This document shows positions 1 to 10,985 of a stretch of DNA of 64,000 nt, one piece after another. This stretch comes from a virus. Location: the IMG/VR virus record IMGVR_UViG_3300025626_000006, positions 47,910 to 111,909 of that record. One strand, 5' to 3'. The position numbers and the translations under genes are program-made. The stretch's first letter is position 1; the number at the start of each line of letters is the position of its first letter. Below the pieces are notes generated by a model. That model was not told where the DNA came from. It made no database searches and saw only the letters and a list, made by a program, of their open reading frames with translations.

Positions 1-591
1 AGTTTCATTACCAATAATTACAATTCTTGTTGTTGTCACTTTGTCAACAGGTAGAGTTGAAGTTGGTATGAATGAAAATGAGTTTAACCCATTAACAGCG
101 ATTGCTTTACTTGTAGCGTATGAATTAACATTTATTACAGGACTTACTTTTCCTGGAACACCAGCATTACCTGTTATTGTTCCAACGTCACTATTAAGTA
201 ATATAGCAGTGTATCCTAATTGTTCGTTACCACCATTTTTGGTTGTAACATTAATCGGCACCATTATTTCTTCTTCTCTTACTGAGATAGAAGTTTGTGA
301 TACAGTTAGGTATGGTAACTTAACTGTTGTTTTTGGTAACGATAGAAGTTTATACTTCATTAAGTAGTTCTCATCGGTAATAGCCTCTAATACTGGCATA
401 TTCTCGATTACAATACCATAGTAGTCACTACCTAATGAATGCGCGGGATTCCAAAGGTCATAATCTACCTCATCATCAGCTAATGCGAATTGAGTGATTT
501 GAAATTTGTCCCTACCTTCGGCAAGTAACTCTCTTCCACGCTTAGTAAGTATAGCGTCTACTGTTACAGATGAATTATCTAAAAATCCCAT
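1..591 (-). CDS. Virion structural (tail/baseplate-associated) protein, 3' end beyond window
   Basis: Not in the ORF track. Read by hand from ATG at 591: MGFLDNSSVTVDAILTKRGRELLAEGRDKFQITQFALADDEVDYDLWN..., resembling tail-collar/fibre N-termini. Preceded by a TATTTATA motif. Confidence 0.6.
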   Translation of the reverse strand, partial: MGFLDNSSVTVDAILTKRGRELLAEGRDKFQITQFALADDEVDYDLWNPAHSLGSDYYGIVIENMPVLEAITDENYLMKYKLLSLPKTTVKLPYLTVSQTSISVREEEIMVPINVTTKNGGNEQLGYTAILLNSDVGTITGNAGVPGKVSPVINVNSYATSKAIAVNGLNSFSFIPTSTLPVDKVTTTRIVIIGNET

Positions 592-613
592 AATTGTTTT
601 CCTCTTTTATACA

Positions 614-621
614 TATAAATA
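614..621 (-). promoter_or_regulatory. Putative late-promoter motif TATTTATA (one of about 12 copies)
   Basis: TATTTATA/TACTTATA-type motif upstream of minus-strand starts. Other copies at 10965, 16075, 18189, 18889, 27602, 34536, 43391, 47203, 52460, 52893 and 58643. Confidence 0.55.
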
Positions 622-675
622 TAGTTTTTTTTATTATTTAACCTATTTCTTGTTTTATAGTTTATTTAAGGTAAA

Positions 676-3600
676 TTAAAACCCTAAATTACGTGCGTTT
701 CTATTTCGTCTACCCCTTAATCCTCGTTGAACTATATCAGTTGATATACGAGTTTGATTTGGTATTATTTTTGGGTTACTAGCTGCTTTACCACCTCGTA
801 TTCCTTTAACCCTTGGGATTGGAAGTGGTTTAGATACTTGGAATGAACTCTCAACGTCTTGTGCTGAATCAACAGCGTCTTCTTTATCTACTTCTTTGAT
901 ATATGCTACTAAATCTTCAACAGGAACGAGTTTAACAGGTTTGATAGGTTTTGTACCACTACCAGCACCTGAACCTACACTACCATTATCAGATGGAGTA
1001 TTGTACACTAATACAGTTGGTTCAACTTTAGTTATTTCAATCACAGGCCCACCATCGGGTGTATCTAATGAATCTGTTGTTAATGAATCACTTGATATTT
1101 TACAACCATTGTAAAGTAAATTTTCTATATTACCAGCAAGACGTGTGTCTTGTACTCTTGCGAAATGAAACGATGCTGAATTAGCGAATTCGATTCCTAA
1201 AGAAGCACTTACTGAATTACTATAAAAGTATTTTGGTTCTAAGTAGTGAGATGACATTCTCGCATTTGTTATATGTGAACCTGTTGGTGAATATTCCCAA
1301 TACGGGTTTGTATCATCAAAGTATTGACCAGTTGTTATATTTAGTCTTTGTATTTTTTCAAACTTGTAAACAGCTGATGTAAAATTATCTATGTCAATAC
1401 TTGAGGACAAATGAAGGAATGACCCACTAATACTTTGTACCACAGTAATAGGATTAGCTTTGTACTGATGGTCAGTATGTGATATAGTGTCAGGTCTTTT
1501 GTAATTATTTCTTTCAAATACATGAGGTTCAATCAATATACCTTTGTGCCAATCAGCTCTCGCAGGTACAATTTGTTTCATAGAATCAAATATAGACATA
1601 TCATATCTTGATAACATATCTATGATTAATTGAATACCAGTACGACCAGTATACTTTTGAAAATAGTTTCTAGCTCTAAAGTCTAATATATCATAACCAT
1701 CGTTATTTCTGACATCAGTATCCCCTACTAAATCATCTATTTCAAAATACCCCTCTGATGCGTATATATCAAAGTTGACAGTATCTGTTGTTGAAAAGTA
1801 TGTTCCTAATAGGTTTGAATCATTTGGAGCAAAATCATATTGACTCACTTCATTTGATTTATCAAATAGTAATGGGCCTTTTAACGAACCTGATTCAATT
1901 CTTACTTTATTGTTAGTAAGGTTTAATGCACCTACTGATGGAATTGTTACATACATCGTATCAACTTCACCCACCAATTGACTCGGACTTCCGTTTGCAT
2001 ATGATGCTGATAAGAAATGACCATAGTCCGAAGTTGATATTTTTTGATTTGGATGTCTTGATATTATAGAACCACTAATTGTGTTAAAAGTACTATCAGG
2101 AAATATTCTGTATAATACTTTTTCAAATGAAGTATCTAAATCTAAGTCAGTTGTATTGTCGTCACTAAAATAAGCTTCTCTATTTTTAGCGTGTTCTTGA
2201 ATTATCTCATTTGATAATGGTTCTGAATAATATCTGACTTCTTGAATACTTGAAGTTGTATTAATTCCATTATTAAATGGAGATTCTAATCTGTTTAAAC
2301 TACTTGATTGTTGTGTTGAGTTCCAAATAATATTAATATCATGTGATGTTGTTGATGCAGTCGGATTAGCTAGTATATCACCCCAATCGTCTACCCACGC
2401 AGAATATAAACTATATCCACCAGAACCAGAGTTTACTGTCACAGCGATATCACGTTGTTTCTTATATGGAACAGTTGGTGTGGTCATAAACGCTGAACTT
2501 CCGTTTGTGACTGAGAAATGTCCAGTAGCTAATTGAGAGTTGTAATGCCATCTCAAATCAGAAGTAGCCCCATCCCATTGGTGTAATCTAAATACAGTAT
2601 GGTTACCTTGTGGCATTTTTCCTATAATTTCAATAGCACCTGGTCGTTTAGATTGTATAGTATCCCATGGGTGTATGGCTGGTTGACCGCCTGATAATTT
2701 TAGTTTATATACAAATCTATCGTGTTCGTATACATTTTTAGTATCTGCGATTTTTGGCCCACCATACTCTCTAATTTTAAGAAATGAACTTGGAATACCA
2801 TATGATGATATCAATGATTTAAATGACCTAGCAGTACCTTTAGATTTATATATACCAGGTAAGTTGTTTAGTAAACGTCTCCACGTTTCTTGTACTATTT
2901 CTTTTGTAGGTTTCGTCTCAAGTGAGCCGGAATTAATCCCATCATTAGTACCTGTTTTATTAACACCTAATTCATAATTCCATAAAGCTGCGTCTGAGTA
3001 TCCGTTGAACAACTTCCAACCAAACCCTTCAGCTACTACATCGACTAATTGATTTGGAAGTCCATCTTTTGGATGTTCTTCTCGTAGGTTTACAGTTGTT
3101 AGAGCTTCTATGTAAGTCCATACTATATCAAAATGTTGCCCAAGCATATTAATAAATGTTATATACTCAGAGTTCTTTTCGTCATCTTGTATATTTACAG
3201 GAATTAAATTTCGTAATCTTCCAGCGTTTACGGCATCATAGTCTTCAGCTATTTTGTAAGTTTTATTATACCACAACTTACCTTGTGAAGTTGTTGACCC
3301 ATAGAGCTCATTTGGATTTGTAGAAGCTTTTGGGTATGGTTCTACAATAAACTCAGATGATGAGTGATGTGTATATAGTGAAGCTTGATTACTATAATAT
3401 AACCAATATTCAAAATCGTCAAATCCACCAATTAATGCGTCTCGTCTATTTTGTGATTGAGATATGTTAGTTAATGCTTCAGAACCACTTACATTATTTA
3501 ATGTGGAAATTCTTGAATCAAATCTTTCAATTTGTTGTAGTTTATATCTAAAGTTCTTGACTCTCTCAGCTGCTGACGAGAAGTTTACAAAGTTTGAAAA

Positions 3601-4890
3601 ATCTGAATGGTCGGTGTTTAGTTTAATGTTACCTAAAGACCCACTAAAAAACTTGTCTATTACTTGTTGGCTAGTTGGGTATCCTGCGTCTAACAAACTA
3701 TTCCAACTTTCAAATTCTCCACTACCATTATTGGATGATGCTAATTCGTAGTTAAAGTTTGGTTCAGAAAAATCATTAGCACTACCGATTGTTTCCAATG
3801 CATTGAAGACTATTAATTTCTCAACATAAGGTTTTATTAATTCTAATTGAACATCTACTACGTCATTAATTTTAACTGATGAGTCAACTTCCGTATATAA
3901 CTTTAATATTGCCTCATCTACTGATTGTAATCCATCAGCTTGTGTATTATATGTTAAGCTAAGATTGTCAGTATTAATAACAACAGTACCACCCGTTTCT
4001 ACTAACCTTGCCGTATCTTGTGGTACATCTGGTGGTAATGATCCAGATGTTAAGAACGGCTCATCATCTTTCTTAATCCAAGACAATGTAGTATTAGAGT
4101 TTCTTGTTAGTTTATATCTATCAAAGTTTTGGGTTACAGGATACGCTGTTGCACTTCCCGGATAAACTGTATTGAATGGTCGAGTCGTGTCTACTTCCAT
4201 AAACGTTGCCCATTTACCAACACCACCATTACCATCTAAGGTTGTAGAAGTTGGTATCCAAACCAAACCTGCTCCATCGTTTGGATAGGGCAGAGTGGCA
4301 ACAGTAACAGGATTTAACGTTCCAAAGAATGCCATATCTAAGACATTATTTATTTTGTTATTACCTAAGTTTAAAATAAATGGCGTATGATTATCTCTGC
4401 CCTCAAAAGAATTACTTGGACTTCCAATATTTTTTCCATTGTATACGTTTCGTAATCCCAAAAATGCATTAGGGGTTACTGAAGCAATTCTAATTTCTTT
4501 TTTGTCTGCGGATATCTCTGTTATTCTACCCCTAGCTACTTGATGAACATGATTATATACAATTGAATATGTACCCGATTGAAATCCAGCATATCTAATA
4601 TCCTTTTCAGGTTGTACTAAAATAGCAGGAGATGTTCCATTTGCTGGAACATTGGTTTTTATTTGATTACCAATACTTGAGTATTGTCTTTGGTCACCAG
4701 AATAAACGTGGTACTCCATTGTTGGAATCGTAAGACCCCGTACACCAGTACCAGTTAAATCTTGTGGTTGTAGCTCTAACTCAACTATCCCATTTGATAT
4801 AGCGGCTAAATCGTCTGCAGACCACGTCTGCCCAAAAGTAGGAGACTTGGAATTAACTTGGTCGGTATTTGTATATCTATCTAAAGGCAT
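676..4890 (-). CDS. Large baseplate wedge-like virion protein
   Basis: 1404 aa, with a tail-P2-I/gp7-like segment (WRRLLNNLPGIYKSKGT...LISSYGIP...IREYGG) and a LamG-like end (IQEVRYY). Lies in the baseplate cluster. Confidence 0.6.
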   Translation of the reverse strand: MPLDRYTNTDQVNSKSPTFGQTWSADDLAAISNGIVELELQPQDLTGTGVRGLTIPTMEYHVYSGDQRQYSSIGNQIKTNVPANGTSPAILVQPEKDIRYAGFQSGTYSIVYNHVHQVARGRITEISADKKEIRIASVTPNAFLGLRNVYNGKNIGSPSNSFEGRDNHTPFILNLGNNKINNVLDMAFFGTLNPVTVATLPYPNDGAGLVWIPTSTTLDGNGGVGKWATFMEVDTTRPFNTVYPGSATAYPVTQNFDRYKLTRNSNTTLSWIKKDDEPFLTSGSLPPDVPQDTARLVETGGTVVINTDNLSLTYNTQADGLQSVDEAILKLYTEVDSSVKINDVVDVQLELIKPYVEKLIVFNALETIGSANDFSEPNFNYELASSNNGSGEFESWNSLLDAGYPTSQQVIDKFFSGSLGNIKLNTDHSDFSNFVNFSSAAERVKNFRYKLQQIERFDSRISTLNNVSGSEALTNISQSQNRRDALIGGFDDFEYWLYYSNQASLYTHHSSSEFIVEPYPKASTNPNELYGSTTSQGKLWYNKTYKIAEDYDAVNAGRLRNLIPVNIQDDEKNSEYITFINMLGQHFDIVWTYIEALTTVNLREEHPKDGLPNQLVDVVAEGFGWKLFNGYSDAALWNYELGVNKTGTNDGINSGSLETKPTKEIVQETWRRLLNNLPGIYKSKGTARSFKSLISSYGIPSSFLKIREYGGPKIADTKNVYEHDRFVYKLKLSGGQPAIHPWDTIQSKRPGAIEIIGKMPQGNHTVFRLHQWDGATSDLRWHYNSQLATGHFSVTNGSSAFMTTPTVPYKKQRDIAVTVNSGSGGYSLYSAWVDDWGDILANPTASTTSHDINIIWNSTQQSSSLNRLESPFNNGINTTSSIQEVRYYSEPLSNEIIQEHAKNREAYFSDDNTTDLDLDTSFEKVLYRIFPDSTFNTISGSIISRHPNQKISTSDYGHFLSASYANGSPSQLVGEVDTMYVTIPSVGALNLTNNKVRIESGSLKGPLLFDKSNEVSQYDFAPNDSNLLGTYFSTTDTVNFDIYASEGYFEIDDLVGDTDVRNNDGYDILDFRARNYFQKYTGRTGIQLIIDMLSRYDMSIFDSMKQIVPARADWHKGILIEPHVFERNNYKRPDTISHTDHQYKANPITVVQSISGSFLHLSSSIDIDNFTSAVYKFEKIQRLNITTGQYFDDTNPYWEYSPTGSHITNARMSSHYLEPKYFYSNSVSASLGIEFANSASFHFARVQDTRLAGNIENLLYNGCKISSDSLTTDSLDTPDGGPVIEITKVEPTVLVYNTPSDNGSVGSGAGSGTKPIKPVKLVPVEDLVAYIKEVDKEDAVDSAQDVESSFQVSKPLPIPRVKGIRGGKAASNPKIIPNQTRISTDIVQRGLRGRRNRNARNLGF

Positions 4891-5458
4891 TTTTTATATC
4901 CAAATGTACTCCAGAATAAATATCCTCTTGTACTCTTTTTTTAGCTTTAGCTATTGTACGATAATCATAACCATCCATTTGATACAATCCACATGGTAAT
5001 GGTGTAACTCTATATTTGGTTTCATATCTTGTTATAGTCCTTGGCGTATTAATATCTCTTGCTTCGTATTCAGTAAAATTTTTAATTCGTGTAAACTTTT
5101 CAGTTTTCTGTATTCGTTGACACTTTTTTCTTATAGCTAAATGCTCTTGATAAAGATTTTGATTTTGCCATTTTATATCTATAAGTAGTTTATTTTGAAA
5201 TCCTAAAATCATTGCTTTATCTAAAACATCTTTTAAATTAGGATAACTTTTAATCTCACCTCTTAGTATTATATCAATATCATTTGTTTTAATATTAGCA
5301 CCATACACTTTTTCTGCAAATGAACCTACTAAATAAACTTTATAGTCGTCTAAGTTAGTAGCTTTTTTAAGCTGACCCCACCATGATTTGAATGCCATCA
5401 TTGTTGGTTCATTCCATGGGGTTCGAGTTTCTATGTTACCTGCTCTAAAATAAAACAT
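4877..5458 (-). CDS. Pol-beta superfamily nucleotidyltransferase-like protein
   Basis: VYLVGSFA...TNDIDIIL matches the hG[GS]x(9-13)DhD motif. Confidence 0.55.
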   Translation of the reverse strand: MFYFRAGNIETRTPWNEPTMMAFKSWWGQLKKATNLDDYKVYLVGSFAEKVYGANIKTNDIDIILRGEIKSYPNLKDVLDKAMILGFQNKLLIDIKWQNQNLYQEHLAIRKKCQRIQKTEKFTRIKNFTEYEARDINTPRTITRYETKYRVTPLPCGLYQMDGYDYRTIAKAKKRVQEDIYSGVHLDIKNAFR

Positions 5459-5466
5459 ATATTCCT

Positions 5467-6057
5467 TTAATCTGAGTAATAGTCATCTGAGTAATAGTTT
5501 CCACCACCACCACCACCAATGGAGTTTGAACCACCAGTAACACCCGATAGGTTACCTACTCCACCACCACTTGTGTTTCCAGCTGGTTGATTAGCTTGTG
5601 CATTATTAAGGTTAGCCATATTATTATCAATGTAACCTGGTGGCACCATTGATGTGGTTTCTGTTTGACCTTCTACATAACCCCATCCAGCTGTTGTAGC
5701 TAAGTCTCTTGGGATTTGTGAATAAGTTCCTGTATTAATTCCGGCTGGAACACTTGGGTATACAAATGACAATTTCTTGATAACTGTATCTATATTATTT
5801 CTAAACGTTTGGTCATCATATCGTGTAGCTTTTGTTGATGGAGTACCTTCTATTGGTAGTACAGGCAACTGTCCATATGTTGGTGTTGCAAGGTCTGAAC
5901 TATTTGGAACTATCTCATATGATATTATCTGACCTCTAACGTTTCGCTCAATAGGACGTGACACCTGTGGGTTTTCTCCACTTGGTGCTTGTAATGGAGT
6001 TCCTGAATCTACGTTAACTGGTGTAGATGTTTGATTTGTTGTAGGTGCCATTGCCAT
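5467..6057 (-). CDS. Hypothetical virion-associated protein with Gly-rich tail
   Basis: 196-aa ORF inside the structural operon. Confidence 0.4.
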   Translation of the reverse strand: MAMAPTTNQTSTPVNVDSGTPLQAPSGENPQVSRPIERNVRGQIISYEIVPNSSDLATPTYGQLPVLPIEGTPSTKATRYDDQTFRNNIDTVIKKLSFVYPSVPAGINTGTYSQIPRDLATTAGWGYVEGQTETTSMVPPGYIDNNMANLNNAQANQPAGNTSGGGVGNLSGVTGGSNSIGGGGGGNYYSDDYYSD

Positions 6058-6058
6058 A

Positions 6059-8134
6059 TTATCTTACCACTTTAAAATAAAAATTATCATCATAGTATCG
6101 TGTTGTACCACCTTGGTCTACTCTAAAACAAAACTTATAGAATCTTTCAGGTTGTAATCCATTAAACCAAAAGTTAAAGTAATTACCACTTGAATCACAA
6201 CTTAACTTTGTATAGCTTGTATCAAATGGAATAATAACTTGGTCTGTATCGGCGTCAACTATCGAGTAATATGATGTGGTTGGTAAATACTTTATAGACT
6301 TTAATGGGTTTGACGCAAAACTTCTACTTGGATATCGTTCTCTACCAAATACTCGTATCTTACCTTTTGATTTTTCTTTATATTCGGTTTGTAGGTTTTT
6401 AACATAAACTACTATATCGTCTGAAACTAATGATGATAGTGACCCCGTAACAAAAGAAGAATCATCCCATCGTGTTTCTAAAACAGGTGGATATATTGTA
6501 TGCGTGTCTGATGAAAAGAATTTGATTGTACCAAACTTTGTTGGAGAACTCTCATCTACATTTTTCTTTTTGATTATGAACCCATTGTTATTACGAGTTC
6601 CATCAATCCACTCTGTAACATATTGTGTTACATTGGTGTCAAAACTTTCTGTGTATTTATCAAATGATTGGGTGTAGTGTAATCCGCTAAATGATGACGT
6701 GAACCATGTACCCCCACCTTCGGTTACAGACCAACGTGCGTCATAAAATACATCGGCGTATAACGATGAGGTTGTATCGACATTAAATGAGATTAAATTA
6801 AAGTTGTCCAATGACCCACTAGCCGAATAACTACCACTAGCGAAGAATGTCCATCTAAACAAATAATCTCCATTTTGACGTGCATTAAATGAAATTGATG
6901 GAGATAGGCTTGATGTTATATTTTTAACATATCCAGTTAAGTCATTTGTGTCAACCACACGACCATCAGGATCAATAATATCAAATTCAATTCCTTGTGC
7001 AGTTCCATCAGCGTATGTTGTTTTATAGTTACCAGAATCTAAATCGAAACTAGCAGTATACCCAGCGTCAGCTTGTAAATAGTATTTTCTATTAAGAGTT
7101 GCTCCGCCAAATCCGTTTGCGTTTAATTGCATTTTACTATTACTAATGACAGCAGACCCAGTAGTTTGTGGATTTCCAGCATCACCCGTAATTGGTTGGT
7201 TTAAGGTGTAAGTAGTAGGTAGTGTATCTGACTCAACATTAAATTGGTCTAAGATTAATGTACCAGGAGGTGTTGTTGCAAATAATAAGAAGTTGTCAAT
7301 ATTACCCGATGAACCATCAGCTCCGTTAGTATCAAAGAATGTATATTGTATTTTATACTGACCGGCCATACTTGATGTAAATCCAAGTTTGTAAGTTCCA
7401 GTAGCTGATATTGATTCCTTGTATCCTACAATTTCATCATTTAATCGTGAACCGCTTGGGTCGATTACATTAAAATCTACACCTGATAATGTGTCTCTAT
7501 TAAAATCAAAATGAATATTATATATTTTAGCATCGTCCAATGATGCTGACAAGTTTGCCGTTCCACCACTAAAATTAGATGATGATAATACTAACTTACC
7601 ATCTATTGCTTGTACAGATGGTACTTCACCTAATGTACCATTGATAGCTTCAACTAATGTAAATCCACCAGTATTACCAACGAAATCATAATATGCTTCT
7701 AATGCGCCAACTGTTGCAGCGTCAAGTGGTTTGTCCACTGTTGAATTTGCTGTATCCCAACTTGAACCACTTAGTCGTTGTGTCCAAGTAACACTTTGGT
7801 CTTTTAATGGATAGTCTATTTTTCCAATACCCTCTTCCCAAGATTCTTTTAATGGAAACGTATATAGAGTGTAGTCCGATTGTATTTCTCTACTCTCAAT
7901 GTTTTCTAATCTAAGTCTATATTGTGGTGATGTTATTGTACCAGCATCCACAAGACTCTTTAACTCGTTTAAATTAAATTGAATTAAAGCTCGTGAGTTA
8001 CCTAATAGGGTAGTGTTATCTGTGTCGTAAAACTTTCCGACTTCAAGAATTTCATCTTTACCTGTGTTTTGAGACTTACGAACATTGTCTTCGTATATTG
8101 TAGCGTCTTTTTGTGGATATATTCTATAAATCAT
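6059..8134 (-). CDS. DNRLRE-like virion protein with two inserted beta-sandwich repeats
   Basis: N-terminal KDATIYE...NTGKDEILE...SRALIQF and C-terminal NNGFIIK...FFSSDT...PVLE. An internal duplication (FNVIDPSG / FDIIDPDG) is visible. Confidence 0.55.
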   Translation of the reverse strand: MIYRIYPQKDATIYEDNVRKSQNTGKDEILEVGKFYDTDNTTLLGNSRALIQFNLNELKSLVDAGTITSPQYRLRLENIESREIQSDYTLYTFPLKESWEEGIGKIDYPLKDQSVTWTQRLSGSSWDTANSTVDKPLDAATVGALEAYYDFVGNTGGFTLVEAINGTLGEVPSVQAIDGKLVLSSSNFSGGTANLSASLDDAKIYNIHFDFNRDTLSGVDFNVIDPSGSRLNDEIVGYKESISATGTYKLGFTSSMAGQYKIQYTFFDTNGADGSSGNIDNFLLFATTPPGTLILDQFNVESDTLPTTYTLNQPITGDAGNPQTTGSAVISNSKMQLNANGFGGATLNRKYYLQADAGYTASFDLDSGNYKTTYADGTAQGIEFDIIDPDGRVVDTNDLTGYVKNITSSLSPSISFNARQNGDYLFRWTFFASGSYSASGSLDNFNLISFNVDTTSSLYADVFYDARWSVTEGGGTWFTSSFSGLHYTQSFDKYTESFDTNVTQYVTEWIDGTRNNNGFIIKKKNVDESSPTKFGTIKFFSSDTHTIYPPVLETRWDDSSFVTGSLSSLVSDDIVVYVKNLQTEYKEKSKGKIRVFGRERYPSRSFASNPLKSIKYLPTTSYYSIVDADTDQVIIPFDTSYTKLSCDSSGNYFNFWFNGLQPERFYKFCFRVDQGGTTRYYDDNFYFKVVR

Positions 8135-8143
8135 GTTTTACCT

Positions 8144-10066
8144 CTAAAATAACGGAACTACTCTACCACGAATATCAATATCAGGAAATTTAATTTCAAA
8201 TACCGATGGGTCTTTAGGTGGGTATACAATACCCTTCTTTGTAGCGTTCTTAATGTTATACTTTCGTGGTGAATATTGACCACCATCTTTATTTATTATT
8301 TGTAAACCACCCTCACCTAAAGCGTTCGGTCTAACCACACTCTGAACACCGTCAACTTCATCTAACATTACATAAAGGTCAGATAACAGAATGGGTTGGT
8401 TGATTCCAATTTTGTCTACTGCAAAATAATTTTTTAATTTAGCTATACAATTTAAAAGAACTTCGTTAGCGTTAAAGTTTGGTTTAACTACAAGTTCGAA
8501 ATCAATAGCAATATTTACTATATATGCATTCTTTATATTGATAGCATCTGTTAGGATTCTATAAAAAGACATATAGTTTAATAAGTTTGTTTTAGTTGCG
8601 TTGTTTATTAAAGCAAGTTTCTTGTTAGAATCGTATCCTAATACATAAAAGTTTATAGCTAATGGATTTGAAACAGATGTATCTGTAAATACCCCATCAT
8701 CTAATAATGTTTGGATTTGAAAATCTGGCGCCACAAATGCTTTTGATATAGAACCAAATTGAGGTGGCATAGCGTAAGCTCTTACTACATAATCTTCTCG
8801 TGTTACTGCTCTTGCCTGAGCTCCAAAATATGCTTTAGCATTTTCTCTTACCTCATCCATGGTCTCTTCAAACTTACCACCCATTGCTGGTACTTCATTT
8901 GATACTGCTATTGACTTTTTAGCTTCTTTAAATAAGTCACCATCTAATCCTATATCTGTTGTTTCGATAACTACATTAGCTAACTTATTCAAATCTTGTG
9001 CAACAACATTATCAATAACACCCTTACTAATTCTATACGTTACACTTAATGTAGTGTTTGCTGGAGCGACTCCATAGGTTTTTGAATACAAAAAGTTTGA
9101 TGGGTCAAGTCCTTGATTTAAGTTACCAGTTGCATTGTACAATGATGACCCAACGTTATCTGGATTTGGAAGTAACTCTTCATCAGCATTTGATGATACA
9201 CCTGCTCCAAATTGAATTTCAATCTCCCCCTCGTCTGTTACACGAGTTATATATCGTTTAGGAACTTTTTTTAATTTTAATAAAGCTGGAGTTTCACTTG
9301 CAAATGCTGAATGCTTTAATGAGTACTCTGATGTGTTAGGTGATTCTTCAAATACAGTATCTTGCCCAAGGTAATCTACCTTAGTCCACTCATCACCCTC
9401 AGAATCCATTATTTTAATTACGTCAATTAAACCATCTTCATCTTTTAATCGTATCTTATCATATATCTTAGGAGAACCGAATGTATATGTTTTAACCTTC
9501 TCTTTACCACTTGTAGCTTGTACATATTTTTTCAAAAGAAATTTTACTGGTAGATTTGTATTGTCATCTATTTGATAAACGGATACTTCCGTTGGGTCGA
9601 ATGATGATGAATAATTAAATCTAACTTTTTGATTTGTAGTAAATGCAATATCACCATCAGATTCTGCGGTGACTTTAGCTCCTTCTTGAAGAGTAAGTGC
9701 GTATCTAAAATCAGGCGATACATTAACACCAGTACCAATAGCTGGAACTAATTGGTACATACTTAACTTAGAAGTTGCTGGCACATTAAGTTTAGGTTTA
9801 TATCCTAAAGATTGTGCGATTGCAAATACGTTCTTTTTTTCTTGTGCTTGTTCTAATAGAGACTCTCTTAACTGAACATCCGTATAGTACGAAAGTACAT
9901 CACCTACATATGATGCGATTTCCATCATCATCATACCAGGAGAAGCCTCGTTGAAGTCATTGTAAGTTTGAGGGAAATAGTTTTTTGTGAAGTCTATAAG
10001 ATTAGTTCTTATACTTCCAAAATCTCTACCTATTAAACTAACATCTTTTTTAATTTTATCTGCCAT
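8144..10066 (-). CDS. Baseplate wedge subunit (T4 gp6 / baseplate J-like)
   Basis: RDFGSIR...YNDFNEASPG...GDVLSYYTD, FGAGV and QARAVTREDY motifs. Confidence 0.85.
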   Translation of the reverse strand: MADKIKKDVSLIGRDFGSIRTNLIDFTKNYFPQTYNDFNEASPGMMMMEIASYVGDVLSYYTDVQLRESLLEQAQEKKNVFAIAQSLGYKPKLNVPATSKLSMYQLVPAIGTGVNVSPDFRYALTLQEGAKVTAESDGDIAFTTNQKVRFNYSSSFDPTEVSVYQIDDNTNLPVKFLLKKYVQATSGKEKVKTYTFGSPKIYDKIRLKDEDGLIDVIKIMDSEGDEWTKVDYLGQDTVFEESPNTSEYSLKHSAFASETPALLKLKKVPKRYITRVTDEGEIEIQFGAGVSSNADEELLPNPDNVGSSLYNATGNLNQGLDPSNFLYSKTYGVAPANTTLSVTYRISKGVIDNVVAQDLNKLANVVIETTDIGLDGDLFKEAKKSIAVSNEVPAMGGKFEETMDEVRENAKAYFGAQARAVTREDYVVRAYAMPPQFGSISKAFVAPDFQIQTLLDDGVFTDTSVSNPLAINFYVLGYDSNKKLALINNATKTNLLNYMSFYRILTDAINIKNAYIVNIAIDFELVVKPNFNANEVLLNCIAKLKNYFAVDKIGINQPILLSDLYVMLDEVDGVQSVVRPNALGEGGLQIINKDGGQYSPRKYNIKNATKKGIVYPPKDPSVFEIKFPDIDIRGRVVPLF

Positions 10067-10077
10067 ATCCTATTACC

Positions 10078-10515
10078 CTATGCTATTGATAGACCACCTT
10101 GTTCATCTACATTTAATATAATTATGTTATTTGCTCCACTTTCTCCAACAGAAAATGTAAAAGAAATATTAACTCTATTACTATCCGCTAAGTTTTCTAC
10201 TACTATTTCAGTCATATTAATATATGGTAGCCAGAATTTAATATCTTCCGATACAGTATCTTTTAGATTATCTAATAGCTCTTGAGTTATATTTTCAAAT
10301 AAGAATGATGGAATATCTGTTCCAAATAATGGTTGTAGTGGTCGTTCTCCTTTACGCGTTAATAGTAAATTTTTTAAATTAGATAAAGCTTGGTCTTGTG
10401 TTGTGTAAGTGCTAGCGAATATTGGAGTACCCCCTAATGGGAATGGTATTCCAACTGCCACATTCTTTTGTAAATCTAAAGGATTTATCTTTTGTGATAC
10501 TCTAGCTTTTGCCAT
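10078..10515 (-). CDS. Baseplate wedge/sheath initiator, gp25-like
   Basis: NLKNLLLTRKGERPLQPLFGT...LFE...WLPYI GPW/gp25 signature. Confidence 0.9.
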   Translation of the reverse strand: MAKARVSQKINPLDLQKNVAVGIPFPLGGTPIFASTYTTQDQALSNLKNLLLTRKGERPLQPLFGTDIPSFLFENITQELLDNLKDTVSEDIKFWLPYINMTEIVVENLADSNRVNISFTFSVGESGANNIIILNVDEQGGLSIA

Positions 10516-10961
10516 TACAATAACCCTGATTTCTTTTTATTAATAGCTTTCATTAGCCCTGAGTAATCTCGTGTTAATGCATCTGCTACACCAGAGTCAA
10601 CGACTTTCTGCATATCAGTTGTTCGTCCATCTGAATCTGTTTGTGGTATCATGGATGTATTTACTTGACCATTACCACCAAATGCTTGAGCCATATCAGC
10701 CCCAAACATACCATTTGGTGTACCACTCATATTTCTCCATTGACCATCATTAGCGGTTTCATTTAATAAATCAGAAAACTTGTTCTCTTTGAACATTGCT
10801 GTGTTTGGTTTACTTTTAGTTTTTCGACTAATCGCTTGCTTTGGAGTATTAGCTTCTTTTAAAAGAGATTCCTTAATAGCCATTGTCTGTTTAGCTACTT
10901 GCTTTTTTACCTCTTCTTTAATTAACAATTTGATTGCTTTTACAAATTTGTTTGTGTCCAT
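10515..10961 (-). CDS. Hypothetical late protein
   Basis: 148-aa ORF with the late motif just upstream. Confidence 0.45.
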   Translation of the reverse strand: MDTNKFVKAIKLLIKEEVKKQVAKQTMAIKESLLKEANTPKQAISRKTKSKPNTAMFKENKFSDLLNETANDGQWRNMSGTPNGMFGADMAQAFGGNGQVNTSMIPQTDSDGRTTDMQKVVDSGVADALTRDYSGLMKAINKKKSGLL

Positions 10962-10985
10962 AGTAATAAATAGTTTAAATTATTT

